Assembly: GCA_020137815.1 (NCBI GenBank)
Contig: CM035351.1
Coordinates: forward strand, 2,914,001 to 2,978,000
Direction of reading: 5' to 3'
DNA length: 64,000 bases
From: Hormiphora californensis
Taxonomy: Eukaryota; Animalia; Ctenophora
The notes under the pieces are model-generated. The model had not been told where the DNA came from. It saw only the letters and a program-made list of their open reading frames with translations, and did no database searches. This document shows positions 22,969 through 33,927 of the stretch, one piece after another. Each line of letters begins with the position of its first letter. Position 1 is the stretch's first letter. Position numbers and translations under genes: made by a program.

Positions 22969-25308
22969 CTAGTTATCAGTTCCGAATCTCGTGGCAAACT
23001 TCCTCCATGCCTTCCACAGGATGCCTGCTAAATTCCTATAGATAGAACTGTAAAAGATGGGATTCAGGAGGCTGTTGCTAGGCAATACCACTAAGGTGAA
23101 TACCTCTTGAATGATTTCTGATGGCGCTGCCGGGTTAATCCAACTGAAGTAGAAGATAGTGAAAATATAGGAAAGCCACGCAACCACCTGACTACCAATC
23201 AGCAGGGACATCTTCAGAGCGAGCTTCTTCACATTATTAACTGAGTTTGGTTGTGCCCCAGCCTCCGTACTGGTCCTGTGGCTGGTTACCAGGATAGATA
23301 TGTAGGACACGGATAGCGTGATCATCAGCATGGTCACCAACCCGCAGTATCCGATCTTGTAGGGCATGTAGGAGAGTTGGTTTTTGAACACATTCGCCTC
23401 GCACAGAGGACTGTTTCCATAGTAACCAATGGGTAGGTAATCAAATATGGTCGGGTCTGATGTGATGTTCCGGAGATCCTCGAGAACGGCTTCCATGCCC
23501 CTATCTCCAGGTGTGCTGTTGTAAACCAGGGTGTGCATTTTGGAGATGTGGGAGCCATCGGGGCGCTGTATAAATGGATTTAACCTTGGTTCTGTGAGAA
23601 CCATATTGGTCCGAAAGAACTCCTGTATTCTCCAGTAGGGAATAACTGGAATTAGTGCATGGACCACGTTGAATATGCCAATGGCTCCTGTTGTAACCCA
23701 TGCTCCTCTCACAGAGAACGAGTCGACGTGATCGAGGAAAATGAGAAACCTTACCATACTCATTGCAGTGATGGTCATAAATGAGCCATGGGCGGAGATC
23801 GAGAAAACGCAGCCAAGCCCAGCGCATAAGAAGCTAGATCTCCACTTTGCATCAACTTTGCAGTAGTCGTCAATAGTGTAAAGGACAACTGCAACCACGA
23901 CCAACATGATAAGGTAGACCCCCATAAGGAGATCATATCCAGCCACCTGCATCCGGAATATCCTATCTACCTTACCCTTCTCACTTTCCGGCGTTTCCCA
24001 GTACGTCTCGAAGCCTATGAAGAGGTTCAACGTTACAACAGCCAAGCCTACCACTAGAGTCGATCCGAGGAGGGCATTACTCCCAATCATTAATTTGCTG
24101 CTACTCAATGTACCGATCTTACATCCCTCACACTCATCGCGGCCATTGGCACAGTCCCTCACTCCATTGCACACCTCGCTCTGTGCTACCCACGAGATAT
24201 CTCCATCTTCTTTGGAACAGTAAAACCGGTTCGGACAATACAGCTCGTCTAAACTGTTATCACACTCAGTGGTCCCATCGCACAGCTTATCCAGGGTGAC
24301 GTCAGCTTGCTTCAAATTATCTGTCGCGGGCGGACAGTTGAAAAATATTGTGGTAGGAATTATTGTATGATCAGGAGAAAGCTCCTGAACTGCAACAAAA
24401 ACCCGATTGCACAGGTCTGTGACCCATTTTGAAATGTTAACCCAATAGTACTCCTCCTCTAATATGTGTTGGCATTCAATTTTCTCGAAAATATCTCGGA
24501 GTGGGTGGCCCGAATAATCCAAAAGCACATTTATGATTCTTCTCTCGGAATTTACCAGAACTCTACCTACTGTAGCATTCTGGCCTACGGTGAGTGATGA
24601 ATTGCAGTTGATCACGTCATCAAAACCCCGACAATTTAGATACTGTAGAGAATCTTTAATTGAGCAAGCGTGTTCCTCAGAGAGACAAGTGTGGTATGAA
24701 CCATCATTCAAACATGTCAATTCCACGACATTTTTGCTACACAGACACTCATCGAGACTATGAAGACATTGGCCGACCCCATCGCACACCTGTGAAAAGG
24801 GGATACACCCAGGACCTCTCGGACAAAAGAACCTCGATTCACCATTCTCACAACCACACTCGTCTGTGGAACAAAAGCTCGTTCCTGAGCACTCAAGTGT
24901 CCCCATGGTTGCTTTGGAATGCAATGTAACTATATTACATGTCATGCTGATGTTTCCAAAAGACAACTCCTTAAGAAATTCCATCTTTTCGTCGACCTTG
25001 CGAGGACCTTGACCAATGAGGAACCTGTTTCCGTCCATGTTGGTGGCCAACCATATAGCATCTGGAAAAAATGGGCATTTCGTTTCGTAAAATTCCGGTG
25101 TTCTGAACAGTAGCTGGACATTCTTGGTGGCGTTAACAAATCTCCAATGTGTGGTTTTAGAATACCATAGCTGCCACTTTAGAGCTTCTAAACACCGACT
25201 ACCCTCGGTATTTTCGTAAGAGAAATACCTTTCTCGATAATCTATCACCATCAAGTTGCTGGTCACTGCTCCAGCAATGAGAAATGCCATGATACAGACA
25301 TCGGCCAT
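22969..25308 (-). CDS. Intronless LDLa-repeat class A GPCR (GRL101/RXFP-like 7TM domain, no evident LRRs)
   Basis: Signal peptide; several CDG...C....DE LDLa motifs; DLLMGVYL, WRSSFLC..LG, PSNSLLNPIFYS; seven hydrophobic segments. Confidence 0.88.
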   Translation of the reverse strand: MADVCIMAFLIAGAVTSNLMVIDYRERYFSYENTEGSRCLEALKWQLWYSKTTHWRFVNATKNVQLLFRTPEFYETKCPFFPDAIWLATNMDGNRFLIGQGPRKVDEKMEFLKELSFGNISMTCNIVTLHSKATMGTLECSGTSFCSTDECGCENGESRFFCPRGPGCIPFSQVCDGVGQCLHSLDECLCSKNVVELTCLNDGSYHTCLSEEHACSIKDSLQYLNCRGFDDVINCNSSLTVGQNATVGRVLVNSERRIINVLLDYSGHPLRDIFEKIECQHILEEEYYWVNISKWVTDLCNRVFVAVQELSPDHTIIPTTIFFNCPPATDNLKQADVTLDKLCDGTTECDNSLDELYCPNRFYCSKEDGDISWVAQSEVCNGVRDCANGRDECEGCKIGTLSSSKLMIGSNALLGSTLVVGLAVVTLNLFIGFETYWETPESEKGKVDRIFRMQVAGYDLLMGVYLIMLVVVAVVLYTIDDYCKVDAKWRSSFLCAGLGCVFSISAHGSFMTITAMSMVRFLIFLDHVDSFSVRGAWVTTGAIGIFNVVHALIPVIPYWRIQEFFRTNMVLTEPRLNPFIQRPDGSHISKMHTLVYNSTPGDRGMEAVLEDLRNITSDPTIFDYLPIGYYGNSPLCEANVFKNQLSYMPYKIGYCGLVTMLMITLSVSYISILVTSHRTSTEAGAQPNSVNNVKKLALKMSLLIGSQVVAWLSYIFTIFYFSWINPAAPSEIIQEVFTLVVLPSNSLLNPIFYSSIYRNLAGILWKAWRKFATRFGTDN

Positions 25309-25447
25309 AGTTACAACCTTTATAGCCGCGTAAAGAGTGGTATCAAAATCATCATCAATGCGCTGGCAAGCGCAAAGGTGACCCCATCCATTCCCCGAAA
25401 AAATTCCCTCAAGAAACGGCCTGCTTGCTCACATCGCGTATTATATA

Positions 25448-26053
25448 CAGTCAGACCCCGATTTAGTGGCCCCCGATTTAGTGGCACCCCGATTTAGTGG
25501 CAGGATTTTTTTCCCCCAAAAGTTTTTTGTGAAGTTTTTTTGAAAATTTTTCAAAGGAATACCAGCCACGTCCGAATCGTGTTTCGAATCAGTGAATCTT
25601 ATCGCATGTCCTGCTGCTAATTAGACGGTTCGGAACGAACCGATACGTGATCCCCATGGGGCCATTGAATCATAAGTTCACCAAGCGTCAAAATTTCGAT
25701 TCGATGGGATCACGTTTCAATTCGTTCCGAACCGTCTAATTAGCAGCAGGACATGCGATAAGATGTACCGATTCGAAACACGATTCGGACATGGCTGGTA
25801 TAACTTAGAAAAATTTTCACAATTTTTTTGAAAAAGTTATTTTATAGTTTTCTATTTCTAATCAGAAATGATCATGTCATCAATACATGAATATTGCATA
25901 TAACAGTTAGAGGTGTCTTTAGTCTTAGTACAGCATTTTGGGCATAAAATAGGTTTTTATGGGCCAAATATGGCTCACCCCGATTTAGTGACACGCCGAT
26001 TTAGTGGCAGGATTTCTTTCCCCCGAGGATGCCACTAAATCGGGGTCCGACTG
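25448..26053. mobile_element. Tc1/pogo-type MITE with TA TSD and an internal inverted repeat
   Basis: TA|CAGTCAGACCCCGATTTAGTGGC ... GCCACTAAATCGGGGTCCGACTG|TA; inner arms ~25560-25655 / ~25703-25800; related stub at ~28465-28510. Confidence 0.88.
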
Positions 26054-26720
26054 TAATTATAATATTACCTTACTCTCGTTTTTTAAGAAACGCTTTAGTA
26101 AGAAACTTTTTTATAGGAAACTTTTCAAATGTAAATCACACAATTCAGAGACACCACAACAAAATAGAACACCCCTAACTTGTTTAGTTTCTTGATAAAG
26201 GATAATTTCTATTCGTTTTTGGATTGCTTACACCTGTAGTTTCCTAGAAAAAAGTTTCTTGTTTAAAAGTTTCTTGAAATATGCGAGCTTAATTAACGAG
26301 AGTAAGGTATATAAAATTAATTGAAATTAATGGGCCGGAAAGGTTGCCCTATTATTTGAGCTATCTTTGACACCTTAACATTCACGGGCTACAGACAGGG
26401 TACAGTCTATGCTTCGTCTATATGTACAAGGTAATGTACTGGTTCCAAAGGTAGCTCAAATGATCACATACTATTGCAGCTGTTGCTACCATTTATAAGG
26501 CGATTATAACTAGCGTGGGGAGCTTTAATAGTAACTTAAGTCACACCTTTATAAACAATGGAGCAAAGAAAGTACATAATCGATGCGCATATTATATCAC
26601 GCTAATACAATGCCTCGAGATATAATATATAATATATATTTTCTTTTATAAAGAAAGAAACGATAATCTGATCGTGTCGTTTTTTAACGACTATCGTGGT
26701 CAACATAAATTCAGAATTCT

Positions 26721-26812
26721 GAATAATGAGATCTGAGCAAGTATTAAATAGGGAAGAAAATCGAAAAATACTGGGCTTGGCCGGGAAATGAACCAGGGAC
26801 CTTCAGAGAGAC
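26721..26812 (-). repeat. Diverged, 5'-truncated dispersed copy of the tRNA-like unit arrayed at 32-33.5 kb
   Basis: gagatctgagcaagtattaaatagggaagaaaatcgaaaaatactgggcttggccgggaaatgaaccagggacc aligns to the array unit. Confidence 0.85.
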
Positions 26813-27378
26813 ATGTATAGCTATGAGCAATATAATATGTGTGAAAGGATTGCAGTCGCCATTTCGTCATTTCTCAACCGATATTATAGAGTCTCCAAAG
26901 TGGTTTGTCGAAATTGGAGCTCAAAAGTTAACCAAATTATTTTGAGAACGGGAGGTTCAATCTCAAAATCCTTTTGGAAGTTTTCGATATCTATATACAT
27001 AATCATTTAATCAATCTCCCTGGGTTTTGCAAATTACAAGCTGCAATAATACTTATCATTATACAGCTCGTAATAACTGCATAATATTATATGTAGTATG
27101 ACAATATGTAGTATGACAATATATACAACATATAATATATATGTAGTGCCATTTGGACTCCTCTGATTATATAAAATCAACAAAAATAAGATTTAATACG
27201 GATAATTGTTATATAATGGGGATATAATGCATGCTATGGGGCTTGATTTACCTACGTCTCATTATTGTTCAACATTTTACAACTCAGGGGGGGATTGACA
27301 ATATGTTTCGCGAGGACAAGTGCAACTAAGTGAGCGTGACCACACAGAACTATTATAGTTGCTTGCGGAGGCCCGTAC

Positions 27379-30072
27379 ACATGGTTACCACTTCGTGTCA
27401 TACTTCCCGGAAGTCTTATTGCACTCTGATCGTTTCTCGTTTCCTGTTGCCCTCGTTCTCTCAGTACAAACACCACATTTTGTCACCTGTTTCTTTCTTT
27501 CACGTTCAACAATCACTCACAGCCCTCCTCCTACTCCCCAGTGGTCTCTACGCAGCTTAGATAATGCCCAATGTGTCTCTAATAAGCTTAGAAATGGCCC
27601 ATTTTCACTGAAAAAGTACCCGAAAATCCCACCCGCCCACCCCCAGCCACCCTCCCTTTAATCTTTATCTCTACTGAAAATGGACACACCTCTCACCTCA
27701 TCACCAACAACATCACGGTACCAATCAGAAATCAAATACTGTAAGTTCATCTGTCCGTATTGTCTGTTCATCTATTGTGTACTGTTGATAATGATACTGG
27801 AGTAAACCTTACCAATCAATAATTTAATTAGAGCTACTATAGACAGACTACCCCAGACCCAAGCTTGAGAAGTGTCCACTCGACGGACCCGGGACCGTCG
27901 TCGTAACAAACAAACGAACAGGCCTTCCTGCACAGCCACCCAAGCTTGAAACTTTGCCCCCTAACTTGTCATGTTGCTTATTCGCAAGATAACTGCAATG
28001 CCCTCACGGGGCGGAGATGCGAAGAGTGCAACCGACCTTTAACCGTGGGGGCTGCATAAGTGTCTGGCAAGTACAATGACTGACTGACATTAAGAATGCC
28101 ATGATATTAACTGACCACAACACGATGACAGGCGCTATGACGAGGTTGCAATGTCGTTCTGCCCTACGGGGCAGAGTTTGGCACGCTATAACCTATCTGT
28201 GCCACCACCACCTCTCGTATTTAACTTGGTCCTTGGATCACACAATCACTGCGCTGGCAAGCGCAAAGGTTTCCATCCCCCTCTCATTACCTCCTCATCT
28301 CAGTGGTTGGGAAACTGTTACAAGACTCGGATCCCGGGAGCAGGTTGGATATCTTCACCCAATACCTTGTTCACCTGTCTAACCAGCGAGACAGTGTGGC
28401 GATATACAAGATACTGATGGAACTCAAGGTATAGACATACTTCCATATAGGGTGCTAGTATAACAATCGGATCCCGCTTTACCGGGATGCTCGGAAATCG
28501 GGGTCCGACTTCTTCTTCTTCTTCTTCTTGGAGGCCGTCTCCATTGGTTGGGGTGCGACTGTTATACTACAGTACAGGTTACCATCCTTGTCATATCTTA
28601 CAGGCAGGAAAACAGAGGTGTCCCCTATTTTGAATTCAGGATAAGTGACTCCGTGTCAACTCTAAATGTTTCAGATGCCTGAGGACGTGCTGCGTCAGAC
28701 ATGTCTGGAATTCCTACACAATAACCAAGATGATCTCCTTCTCACCACCCTCCTAGCATGCCAAGGATCCTTCCTAGATGTAGCAGGCATCCTGACCCCT
28801 CCCAATCTCTCCACACCCCAGGACCAGGTGCTGGGACTAGCTACAAGATACCTAACCTCACCTCTCTTACCATACTTCCTGCACAAGGTATCCCGTCCTG
28901 GGTTCCTGCCCAATAACCCCAATATGACTTGGTATGTGCTGCAGCTGCTAGATCGAGCTTCCAGAGAGGGTGAGAGTATAATGTCTTCTAGAGATGGTGA
29001 GAGTGTAATGGCTTCTGGAGATGGTGAGGGTTTCATGTGTCCTCTAGTGTCCCTGCTGACCCCTCACCAGCGAGGGGACCTTATAATGAGGTGCATGGAG
29101 GAAGGGTCCAACACTGACCTCATCCTTCCTATAATGAAGGTTAGCTGGGGAGATGAGAGTGCATTAGCCACTCTAGCACACGTCCTCCATTCTCTCCAAA
29201 ACACCCTATCTGCCAGCGATTATCTTGATGATATCTTTACCCTTACATTCCCCTCCCTACCCTCCCAAACTGTCCTGGATCTCACCAGGACACTCTTTGA
29301 TGGGGGTGTCATGTCGGAGTACGGGAAGAACCTCTGGACGATCTATGGGAATTCAGCCCGGGGTAACACTGACATGGCTAGAGGGTTGTTTGCGGAGTGT
29401 TACCATGACAACACGGTATACTTCTCCTCTGGAGACCTCCAGAATCTCCAGACACTTTGCCCTGAGTTGGATGGTGATATTAGTGACAAGATTGAAGTGC
29501 TGGCCAGGTACAATGAGGATCTGGATGACATCATAGAGTCACGTGACCTACCAAAACTTCTCAAATTCCCTGACTTCAGTTTATCACTTCTTCATGACAA
29601 TACATGGCTACTTAAAATTGTGGAACACTTCTCAGTTCACATTGCGTTCCATGTTGCCATAACAACAGCCGGTAGCAGCGCAGGGTTGTATGAGCTGTTG
29701 CGGCAGGTGGAGGGAACGAGTTACTACACCCGGGTTGTCCGGTCATTCTGGCCTATCCTACCAGGCAATCTCAAGTCTTACACCAGGAAACACCAAAATC
29801 AGAAAACTACAACTGCCCAAATGTACTTTTACAGCTACTGCAACAATTTTGGGTACAGCAATGCCCTGAGTGAGACATTGCTAGCTGGGGAAATGGGGAG
29901 ACGAGATGTTGTAGAGACGCATCTTACTTCGTTCTTATTGACACGGGATGGAGAAATTGGGACAGCTGCAAGACACATGGGAGGACTCGGGAAACTTGAT
30001 AAAGTGATGTTAAATTTGTTATTGGACACAGGGAAAGGGATTGAAGGAAAAGAGAATTTGTTAACAGTTTAA
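27379..30072 (+). CDS. Large unknown protein; 5' part (27379-28230) frame-disrupted, 3' exons intact (to 28428; 28675-30072); start uncertain
   Basis: Introns ~27741-27832 and 28429-28674; phase-0 join ..IYKILMELK|MPEDVLRQTCLEF..; 465-codon Leu-rich last exon. Confidence 0.6.
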
Positions 30073-30173
30073 TTTTTTTCAATTTTTTGCACATTTCTTA
30101 AACTCCATTCTTTTTTATAATCGACCGTTATTTAACTCATATAACCAATTACTTATCTCCTCCTAGCAGAGCC

Positions 30174-30779
30174 ATGTCCCATTCCTTCCTATCTGGATAC
30201 AGGATTATCCTAGCCAGTGGTTCTCCCAGAAGGAAGGAACTCATGAAACAAGTCGGTATCCCTGCCGAGGTTATCCCCTCAAAATTCGAGGAAAACCTCT
30301 CCAAATCAGGGGTGTCAGCGGGGGAGTACTACAATATCCACAGCCCGGGGTAAGGCGAGGGAGGTATGGGGTGAAAACCGGGAATGGTGTTATCATTGGT
30401 GCTGACACCGTGGTGGTCTCGGGTGACGGTGCAATTCTGGAGAAACCAAGGGACAAGGATCACGCGTTTGAGATGTTGAAAGGGTTGAGTGATGGAAGGA
30501 CCCACACCGTTGTAACAGGGGTGTGTTTATGTTACGGTGAGAGAGAGCGGACATTTCACACTGAAACTGAGGTCCTGTTGAGGAGGGTTAGTGATGATAT
30601 GATAAAGTGGTATGTGGCAACTGGGGAACCAATGGATAAAGCGGGTGGGTATGGGATACAGTCCCTAGGGGCAGGTGTTAGTGGAGAAGGTGAACGGTTG
30701 CTATAGTAACGTTGTTGGGTTACCAGTTAGCCAGTTGTTGGTAGAGTTACAGGAACTTCTCACAGAGAAAACTGAATGA
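30174..30779 (+). CDS. Maf-family nucleoside triphosphate pyrophosphatase (ASMTL N-domain/YhdE-like), intronless; three +1 frameshifts (~30330-30339, ~30368-30385, ~30674-30680)
   Basis: [21 protein letters not shown] / TARGKAREV / [25 protein letters not shown] / [15 protein letters not shown] in four successive frames. Confidence 0.92.
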
Positions 30780-30921
30780 TATCTGTTCTATTGATTATAG
30801 TGTTATTGTATTGAACATGTATTGGGATGCTCTTTTAGAATGAAATGTTTTTATTGCAATCAATTTCTCTAAATATGAAATCCCCCCAATTCTCCTTTCC
30901 TAACCTTCCTTTTATCTAGAT

Positions 30922-33703
30922 ATGGTAGCATTGACAGAGGAATGTGTTCTATCCCGCTCCCGAGCCCCTACCCTTGATTCAGTCCGACACCTAAACTGCT
31001 GGGGCCTTGGTATCACCGACCTCTCTATACTGGAGTATATGCCCAACTTGGAAGTCCTGACTATCTCGGCAAACAAAGTTTCCTCTCTGGGCGATCTTGC
31101 TCACTGTCACCAGTTATCCGAGTTATACATCCGGAGGAATGAGATTTCAGATCTTGGGCAGCTCCGCCATCTGGAGTTGCTGCCCAAATTAAGAGTCCTC
31201 TGGCTGAGTGATAACCCGTGCTGTAACATAGAGAATTACCGACAAAGTGTCCTTGAGATCCTGCCCAAGTTACTGAAACTTGATAATACTGGTAGGTGTT
31301 GTTCTCAAACTAGTAGGTAGGTCCTGCCTTGGTTACGAAATAACCCTGCGTTCGCGCCGGCAAGGGAGGGTAACTTCGTTATCAAGGGCCTGCCAAACTT
31401 CCCGATATATCAACGATAGGTTGGTTTATCGGTTCCAACAAATGTTCCTCGTTTCAGTTGTGAAAGAGAACTTGAATGAGCTGGAGGCTAAGAAAAAGAA
31501 GGTAAACGATCGAAGATTCTACCGAAACCTAAAACCGCTGTTTTGCCACAGACACGCGATTTCTAGGCTCTTTACTGGAACGCGCGACCGCCAAATCGAT
31601 TTCTACTGTCTTTCGCATAAACTTCAGCAGTACTAAACGCGCGCTTCGAATTTTCACCGCCGCGGTTATTCGGTGTTGATGTGAAAATCCCTATTCTTTA
31701 CCCAATTTACCTCCCTTTCCCTCCCAGAAAACTCTCCGACCCAAATCTGCGGTATCTATCTCCTCCGCGTATAGTGATGGTAAGTTCAACAAATCATATT
31801 CCAAACAATTGCTGTCCATCCGTCGGTTCGGTGGTGTAGTGGTTATCACATCTGCTTAACACGCAGAAGGTCCCGGGTTCAAAACCCGGTCGAACCTGTA
31901 GACTTTTTTTAATTTTGTTTCCCTGTTTAACACGTGAAACAGGAAGTAATTTTGATATCTCCTTCTGGTGCTGATACACACTCACACGCCCTCCGTACAA
32001 CGGTTATATAGGGGAATCTCACACACACACGGGCAGATCTCGGTCAAGGAGAGATTAATTGATTATTCAGAATAAAGAGATCTGAGCAAGAATTAAATAG
32101 GGAAGAAAATCGAAAAATACTGGGTTCGACCGGGAATTGAACCAGGGACCTCCAGAGAGACGCGCTCGATGCTCTACCACTGAGCTACCGAACCCCTGTA
32201 CAGATCGCATTTCTTCACACTATATTCAAGCACATGCCCTTAGCTAGACACCATGTGATAGAGGAAGTAATTTTGATATCTCCTTCTGGTGCTGATACAC
32301 ACTCACACGCCCTCCGTACAACGGTTATATAGGGGAATCTCACACACACACGGGCAGATCTCGGTCAAGGAGAGATTAATTGATTATTCAGAATAAAGAG
32401 ATCTGAGCAAGAATTAAATAGGGAAGAAAATCGAAAAATACTGGGTTCGACCGGGAATTGAACCAGGGACCTCCAGAGAGACGCGCTCGATGCTCTACCA
32501 CTGAGCTACCGAACCCCTGTACAGATCGCATTTCTTCACACTATATTCAAGCACATGCCCTTAGCTAGACACCATGTGATAGAGGAAGTAATTTTGATAT
32601 CTCCTTCTGGTGCTGATACACACTCACACGCCCTCCGTACAACGGTTATATAGGGGAATCTCACACACACACGGGCAGATCTCGGTCAAGGAGAGATTAA
32701 TTGATTATTCAGAATAAAGAGATCTGAGCAAGAATTAAATAGGGAAGAAAATCGAAAAATACTGGGTTCGACCGGGAATTGAACCAGGGACCTCCAGAGA
32801 GACGCGCTCGATGCTCTACCACTGAGCTACCGAACCCCTGTACAGATTTTTCGATTTTCTTCCCTATTTAATTCTTGCTCAGATCTCTTTATTCTGAATA
32901 ATCAATTAATCTCTCCTTGACCGAGATCTGCCCGTGTGTGTGTGAGATTCCCCTATATAACCGTTGTACGGAGGGCGTGTGAGTGTGTATCAGCACCAGA
33001 AGGAGATATCAAAATTACTTCCTCTATCACATGGTGTCTAGCTAAGGGCATGTGCTTGAATATAGTGTGAAGAAATGCGATCTGTACAGGGGTTCGGTAG
33101 CTCAGTGGTAGAGCATCGAGCGCGTCTCTCTGGAGGTCCCTGGTTCAATTCCCGGTCGAACCCAGTATTTTTCGATTTTCTTCCCTATTTAATTCTTGCT
33201 CAGATCTCTTTATTCTGAATAATCAATTAATCTCTCCTTGACCGAGATCTGCCCGTGTGTGTGTGAGATTCCCCTATATAACCGTTGTACGGAGGGCGTG
33301 TGAGTGTGTATCAGCACCAGAAGGAGATATCAAAATTACTTCCTCTATCACATGGTGTCTAGCTAAGGGCATGTGCTTGAATATAGTGTGAAGAAATGCG
33401 ATCTGTACAGGGGTTCGGTAGCTCAGTGGTAGAGCATCGAGCGCGTCTCTCTGGAGGTCCCTGGTTCAATTCCCGGTCGAACCCAGTATTTTTCGATTTT
33501 CTTCCCTATTTAATTCTTGCTCAGATCTCTTTATTCTGGACACGTGAAACATTTCAGCTGAATCGATTATTCGGAAGTCCGTTGAAACGCCCATCATTAA
33601 TGCTGTCACGTCTCTGTTGCCAAGTCTAGACATTGAGGGGTTGTATATTCTGAGGAGTGCTATTGACAAGCGAATCAGGAAGGCTGAGAGGGAGCGAGTT
33701 TAA
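30922..33703 (+). CDS. CFAP410: Cilia- and flagella-associated protein 410 (C21orf2); 4 exons (30922-31291, 31458-31501, 31728-31778, 33558-33703)
   Basis: LNCWG, LRRs, LRVLWLSDNPC, KLDN; C-terminal IINAVTSLLPSLDIEGLYIL helix; all phases compatible. Confidence 0.9.
31825..31897 (+). tRNA. tRNA-Val(AAC), intronic
   Basis: GGTTCGG/TCGAACC acceptor stem, D-arm GTGTAGTGGTTATCAC, TCTGC-TTAACAC-GCAGA anticodon arm, TTCAAAA T-loop, poly-T terminator; T discriminator is atypical for Val. Confidence 0.85.
31942..33539. repeat. Palindromic array of 321-bp units, each with a tRNA-like Pol III gene (minus: 32122-32194, 32443-32515, 32764-32836; plus: 33091-33163, 33412-33484), flanked by a 12-bp direct repeat
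   Basis: Unit starts at 31941/32262/32583; orientation flips at ~32846; ACACGTGAAACA at 31930-31941 and 33540-33551. Confidence 0.92.
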
Positions 33704-33927
33704 CAACTGGTTGCTGTGACAGAGGGTTTTAACCGGGCTCAGTATTTTAGGGTGGGTCAAATTCATAAAGGGACTGTCAGACACGATGTATAAATGTACT
33801 TTATTCTTGTATCATATATCCGACATACACATTTTTATTGCACGATTACATTTACAAGTTACCTCATATAATTTCTGCTTTTCTCTATTTGCCACCAACA
33901 ACTAATCCAACATCTCCCTGTAGCATC

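Noticed and set aside
28068-28082. In-frame TGA as selenocysteine or readthrough codon
   Set aside because: The reading frame here is uncertain, no SECIS was identified, and TGA is a normal stop in other genes of the window
31280-31780. Apparent phase conflict in CFAP410
   Set aside because: Resolved by the 44-bp exon 31458-31501
33091-33163. tRNA-like unit as a +1 frameshift-suppressor tRNA (extra nucleotide in the anticodon arm) explaining the gene breaks
   Set aside because: It lacks U33 and purine-37, the stems are mismatched, and its loop is not complementary to any common codon at the shift sites; the link is unsupported
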